Below, in pieces: positions 28,222 to 32,000 of a stretch of 32,000 bases of DNA. The stretch covers positions 990,001 to 1,022,000 of the forward strand of contig OW818675.1 of assembly GCA_942493095.1 (NCBI GenBank), given 5' to 3'. A model generated the notes under the pieces. It worked only from the letters and a program-made list of their open reading frames with translations, made no database searches and was not told the DNA's origin. Numbering within the stretch: the first letter of the stretch is position 1; every line of letters begins with the position of its first letter. Source of the DNA: Candidatus Electronema halotolerans (GTDB lineage: Bacteria; Desulfobacterota; Desulfobulbia; Desulfobulbales; Desulfobulbaceae). The position numbers and the translations under genes were made by a program.

Positions 28222-29678
28222 ACGACCAATTCCACAACAGCGGCCCTGGCGAGCAGAATGTTGCGCAGGGCGACAGGGCTGTTGGCAAGCAGGAGAACAA
28301 CTTCTTCTACCGTCTGCTGGGCCGTATCTTCACGTCCGGCAACCAGTCCCCGGCGATTGGGGCGGGCCGCGATGTGCAGGCCATAGAGCAGCTTGAGGAC
28401 GCAGCCAAGCAGCGGCGCATCTCCGCAGCAGCTGACACCAATGTCTCCCAAGCGATTGCCCAGCGCCTCCAGTTGCGCTACGCCAAGGCTGCCGCGTACT
28501 GGCAGAAGGCCGCTGCCCTGCTGCCGGAAGACAAGAAGCAGGAACGCTCACTTTATCTGCACAACGCAGGCTATGACTTTGACCGTGTTGCCCGCTACAA
28601 GGAAGCCCTGCCCCTGTATGAGCAGAGCTTGGCAATAGACCGGGAGATCGGTGACAAGGCAGGGGAAAGCGCAATGCTGAACAACATCGGCGAGATTTAT
28701 CGGGCGCAGGGCGACTACAGCACGGCTCTGAAGTATTTTGAGCAGAGCCTTGGCATCCGCCGGGAGAATGGCGATAAGGCAGGGGAAGGCCAATCACTGA
28801 ACAACATCGGCCAGATTTACGATGCCAAGGGCGACTACAGCACTGCCCTGACCTATTTAAAGCAGAGCCTTGCCATCAGCCGGGAGATTGGCGACAAGGC
28901 AGTAGAAGGCGCAACGCTGAGTAACATCGGTGCGCTTCACCATGCGCGGTGCGACTACAGCACTGCCCTGACCTGTTTAGAGCAGAGCCTTGGCATCAGC
29001 CGGGAGATTGGCGACAAGGCAGGCGAAGGCACGATGCTGAACAACATCAGCCAGATTTACGATGCGCGGGGCGACTCCAGCACTGCCCTGACCTATTTAG
29101 AGCAGAGCCTTGCCATCAGCCGGGAGATCGGCGACAGGGCGGGCGAAGGCACGACGCTGAACAACATCAGCCAGATTTACAAGGCGCGGGGCAACTACGC
29201 TGCGGCCCTCACGTATCTGGAGCAGAGCTTGGACATCAGCCAAGAGATCGGTGACAGGGCGGTCGAAGGCGCGACGCTGAACAATATCGGCCAGATTTAC
29301 GATGCGCGGGGCGACTACGCTGCCGCCCTGAAGTATCTGGAGCAGAGCTTGGCAATCCGCCAAGAGATCGGCGACAAGGCGGGCGAAGGCGCGACGCTGA
29401 GTAATATTGGTGCGCTTCACCATGCTAAGGGTGACTACGCTGCGGCCCTCAAGTATCTGAAGCAGAGCTTGGCCATCAGCAAAGAGATCGGCGACAGGCG
29501 CGGGGAAGCAGTGATGAGTTGGAATATTGGCCGTGTTTACGAAGATCAGGGCGACCTTGTCAAGGCGGAGCAGCATATCAGCCGGGCGGTGCAGCTTATG
29601 GAGGAGATAGGCCATCCTAAATTGGAGGAATGCCGCGAGGGATTGGCAGACATTCGCGCCGAGCTACGGGGCCGGTAG
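28218..29678 (+). CDS. TPR-repeat protein 2, 486 aa, paralogue of TPR protein 1
   Basis: Starts with the same MNDQFHNSGPGEQNVAQGD; eight 40-aa TPR units. Confidence 0.9.
   Translation: MNDQFHNSGPGEQNVAQGDRAVGKQENNFFYRLLGRIFTSGNQSPAIGAGRDVQAIEQLEDAAKQRRISAAADTNVSQAIAQRLQLRYAKAAAYWQKAAALLPEDKKQERSLYLHNAGYDFDRVARYKEALPLYEQSLAIDREIGDKAGESAMLNNIGEIYRAQGDYSTALKYFEQSLGIRRENGDKAGEGQSLNNIGQIYDAKGDYSTALTYLKQSLAISREIGDKAVEGATLSNIGALHHARCDYSTALTCLEQSLGISREIGDKAGEGTMLNNISQIYDARGDSSTALTYLEQSLAISREIGDRAGEGTTLNNISQIYKARGNYAAALTYLEQSLDISQEIGDRAVEGATLNNIGQIYDARGDYAAALKYLEQSLAIRQEIGDKAGEGATLSNIGALHHAKGDYAAALKYLKQSLAISKEIGDRRGEAVMSWNIGRVYEDQGDLVKAEQHISRAVQLMEEIGHPKLEECREGLADIRAELRGR
28681..29640 (+). repeat. 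Eight tandem 120-bp units encoding TPRs
   Basis: 120-bp periodicity, same consensus as the 26812 block. Confidence 0.9.
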
Positions 29679-29691
29679 GGTCGTAGGTCGT

Positions 29692-29715
29692 AGGGACAAT
29701 TCATGAATTGTCCCT
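29692..29715. repeat. 24-bp perfect palindrome AGGGACAATTCATGAATTGTCCCT (copy B)
   Basis: Same sequence as 27821..27844, exactly 1871 bp apart. Confidence 0.9.
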
Positions 29716-29767
29716 GCATGAATTGTCCCTGCGGAATGCGGCAGGCAATAGGCACACCGGCCCGTCC

Positions 29768-29933
29768 GCACATCTCTCCTCAGAGCCGCAGCACATGTAC
29801 AGATGTGCTCGCCGTTCATGGCTGCATGTACACCCCAGCACATCTCTCCTTGCGCGGGCAGCACATCTCCGCATGTACGCCCCAGCACATCTGCAGATGT
29901 ACACAGACGCACATCTCTGCATGTACAGGAGCC
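29768..29933. repeat. Degenerate tandem array of seven ~23-25-bp units beginning GCACATCTC/GCACATGTAC
   Basis: Unit starts at 29768, 29791, 29814 (degenerate), 29838, 29861, 29885, 29909. Confidence 0.75.
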
Positions 29934-30049
29934 GCAGGCCAGCCTGCGCCCTGCGTATATCCTTGACAAATGCGGGCGGGCGGCGTAGGATATGCCGGTT
30001 GTAATCTTCCGCACTCATATCATGCAGTTCCTTCCCAAGGAGAAAAGCT

Positions 30050-31129
30050 ATGGCAACGATTCAATGGCGGCCTGAAGTCAACGCGCTCACCACGCCGCAG
30101 TCCTACTGGATTCGCTTCATGCCGCGCAACACAGCGGGCCGGAAAGACATTGCCGCCGACATCGCCCGGATGCACCCGAATTTCAATGAGGCTGACATCC
30201 TGACCATTTTGAATGCCCACGACGAGGCGGTCCAGACGCGCCTGCTCAACGGCGAGCAGGTGACAATGGAGGGCAGCTTCAGCTATTTCCTCTCCTTCAC
30301 CGGCAGATTGGACAACCCGGACGACCCGTTGCCGCCCTTGGATGACTGCCTGCATGTCAACGTGCGCGTCTCGCAGGCTTTTCTGGATGCCCTGCGCCGG
30401 GACGGGCAGGCCGAACGGCTGCCGGAAGAGAAAAAGCTGCCCCTGATCAGCTCGGCTCAAGACAGCCTGCTCAAGCTCAAGGACGTGCTCAACCCGGACG
30501 GCGTGCTCCTGCTCACCGGCGATGACCTCTACTTTGACCAGACTGCGCCGGACGCGGGCCAGTGCGTCCTTGCAGGCACGCAGAGCGGCAGCAGCAGCCA
30601 GAGCCGCCTGCTCAGAGTCGAGCCGGGCGAAATCATGCTCATGCCGGAGATTCCGACGCAAGCGCAGCCGTGGAACAATGAATACACGGTCTCGGTCAGC
30701 ACCCGCTACACTGAGCACGGCACGCTGCGCACTGGCACTTACGGGCGGATGCTGCGCACCCCGCTGACCTTGACCAATATGGGCCATCCCAACCCGCCCG
30801 AAGTCGGCATCCTCAGCAGCAAGGAGAGCAGCCCCTTAGTCAGCGTCACCGGCGGCAGCGTCAGTGCGGATGCAACTTTGCGCATTCAGGCGGTCATTGA
30901 TACGCGGCAGGACCTGCTCCTCCTCAGCCTGCTCGACATGAGCGAGGGCGGACAGAGCGGCGCGGCTGTGACTGTCACTGCAAACGGCGACTTCACCTTG
31001 CCCGGCTTCAGCGGCTCGGCAGTCAGCAGCCTTGATATTCGGGTCAATGACTATGCGGCCCTGAAATCCCTGATCCGCAACAATTACAGCAGTCGGCTGG
31101 TCGATGTGCTCAAGGTGGAGACGGCGTAA
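30050..31129 (+). CDS. HU-like DNA-binding domain protein with DUF4469-type C-terminal Ig-like region
   Basis: ARMHPNFNEADILTILNAHDEAVQTRLLNGEQVTMEGSFSYFLSFTGRL (HU-like arrangement), RLLRVEPGEIMLMPEIPTQAQPWNNEYTVSVSTRYTEHGTLRTGTYGRMLRTPLTL; RBS AAGGAG. Confidence 0.7.
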   Translation: MATIQWRPEVNALTTPQSYWIRFMPRNTAGRKDIAADIARMHPNFNEADILTILNAHDEAVQTRLLNGEQVTMEGSFSYFLSFTGRLDNPDDPLPPLDDCLHVNVRVSQAFLDALRRDGQAERLPEEKKLPLISSAQDSLLKLKDVLNPDGVLLLTGDDLYFDQTAPDAGQCVLAGTQSGSSSQSRLLRVEPGEIMLMPEIPTQAQPWNNEYTVSVSTRYTEHGTLRTGTYGRMLRTPLTLTNMGHPNPPEVGILSSKESSPLVSVTGGSVSADATLRIQAVIDTRQDLLLLSLLDMSEGGQSGAAVTVTANGDFTLPGFSGSAVSSLDIRVNDYAALKSLIRNNYSSRLVDVLKVETA

Positions 31130-31135
31130 GGTGGT

Positions 31136-31163
31136 GCAGGGGCAAAAGATTTTTTGCCCCTGC
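31136..31163. terminator. Perfect hairpin GCAGGGGCAAAA-GATT-TTTTGCCCCTGC downstream of the 30050 gene
   Basis: 12-bp stem with an A/T-rich inner segment; could be a bidirectional terminator. Confidence 0.6.
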
Positions 31164-31232
31164 GAGGTGTTATGAACGACGGCGTAAGGTGGTGTGGTAG
31201 ATATCCAATATCCAGCCTGATCTCATAATACA

Positions 31233-31256
31233 AGGGGCGAAAGATTTTTCGCCCCT
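31233..31256. other. Second related hairpin AGGGGCGAAA-GATT-TTTCGCCCCT
   Basis: 10-bp stem with the same GATT loop as 31136..31163. Confidence 0.55.
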
Positions 31257-31404
31257 ACTCAAGGTGGAGACGGCGTAGAGCTGAAGCAGCGCTTTTGCAC
31301 AGAGAGTTCCTTAGCCACGGCATTTTCGTCTTGTCTATATGGCCTCGAACATGTTACGTTATGGTTATTTTTCTGTTCAAACTTGATGCAAAAAGGAGGA
31401 AGTC

Positions 31405-31812
31405 ATGTTCGAGGCCTCGACAGAGGCGGTGCAGGTGCTGGCCGCTTATCTTGAGGAACGTGGGATTGAGGTGCCTGTCCGCATCATTCCCATGTCTGGA
31501 AACTGCGCCGGGCCGCATCTGCGGCTGCGGACAGGACAGGTGAAGGAAAACGACCGGGTCTTCCGGCAGGGCGGCATCACCTTTGTCGTGGATCAGGAGC
31601 TGCTGGCTGAATGCGGCTTGATCCGCATGGACTATATGGAGCTGGGCAGTTCCTGCTGCTGCAGCGGCGGCTGTGCTGGCTTCCGCATCAGGGGCGAGAG
31701 AAAATATCCTTTTGTCGGCAGGTGCGCCACTGATGCCAGCCAGTGCGATCATCGCTGCGGCCTTGCCGAGCCGGAGCAGGAGGGCTTGTCGATCTTTGAG
31801 CCGTCGCAGTAA
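31405..31812 (+). CDS. HesB/IscA-like protein with Cys cluster (Cys form of the HesB-like (seleno)protein type)
   Basis: FRQGGITFVVDQELLAECGLIRMDYMELGSSCCCSGGCAGF; strong RBS AAGGAGGA. Confidence 0.6.
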   Translation: MFEASTEAVQVLAAYLEERGIEVPVRIIPMSGNCAGPHLRLRTGQVKENDRVFRQGGITFVVDQELLAECGLIRMDYMELGSSCCCSGGCAGFRIRGERKYPFVGRCATDASQCDHRCGLAEPEQEGLSIFEPSQ

Positions 31813-31940
31813 AAAAAATTGTACACTTTTTTATTTTTTGCACTATAGTATGACCTCAGCAACGTGAAGCACGTTGGCCGCTCCGCAGGCTGAAGTCTGC
31901 GAGACCTCATTTTTCCACACTCAATCGGAAGGTTTTCGCC

Positions 31941-32000
31941 ATGATTTGTTCAACACGCACCCTTATTTTTCTTTTCTGCACCATGCTTGTTTCTTCTCCT
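31941..32000 (+). CDS. Start of an exported protein (partial, runs off window)
   Basis: MICSTRTLIFLFCTMLVSSP..., signal-peptide-like; RBS GGAAGG. Confidence 0.5.
   Translation, partial: MICSTRTLIFLFCTMLVSSP

Noticed and set aside
29703-30018. Several overlapping ORFs through the 24-bp tandem array
   Set aside because: 23- and 25-bp units break the frame and no RBS-supported start was found; more likely noncoding repeat DNA
31295-31543. 82-aa ORF MHREFLSHGIFVLS...
   Set aside because: Overlaps the HesB-like gene, which has a strong RBS, and shows no family features

Overview
GC-rich bacterial chromosomal segment. Gene content looks like a Desulfobulbales-type deltaproteobacterium, but that is inferred from the gene set, not tested. 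The core is ordinary: radC, yjbQ, a Gly-zipper lipoprotein, a K+ channel/RCK protein, an RNB exoribonuclease, an SH3-domain protein, hslV-hslU, a PilJ-domain protein, ispG, aconitase, and an HU-like/DUF4469-type protein. Accessory material is interleaved with it. The most interesting part is the first 4.8 kb. It holds three paralogous 40-49 aa basic micro-ORFs with a nearly invariant N-terminal part (K-T-D-R-K-T-V-A-A-Q-K-N ... R-K-G-x-x-T-G-V-K-A-G) and completely different C-terminal tails. They surround an asparagine-synthetase-like gene whose product has an extra C-terminal domain. This layout resembles a RiPP precursor family with a candidate maturase, but that remains a hypothesis. A single-ORF IS66-family element (17-bp imperfect IRs, 8-bp TSD GTTTAAAC) has landed exactly on the stop codon of the first micro-ORF. 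A G10 tract sits in the spacer of the apparent promoter of the third. Other notable items are a STAND/NACHT-like NTPase fused to an FGE/SUMF1-type domain, a 4-repeat CRISPR-like array with no cas genes in the window, two TPR proteins with homogenised 120-bp repeat units and a shared N-terminal G/N/Q motif, a coupled antitoxin-like small ORF, and a degenerate ~24-bp tandem array.
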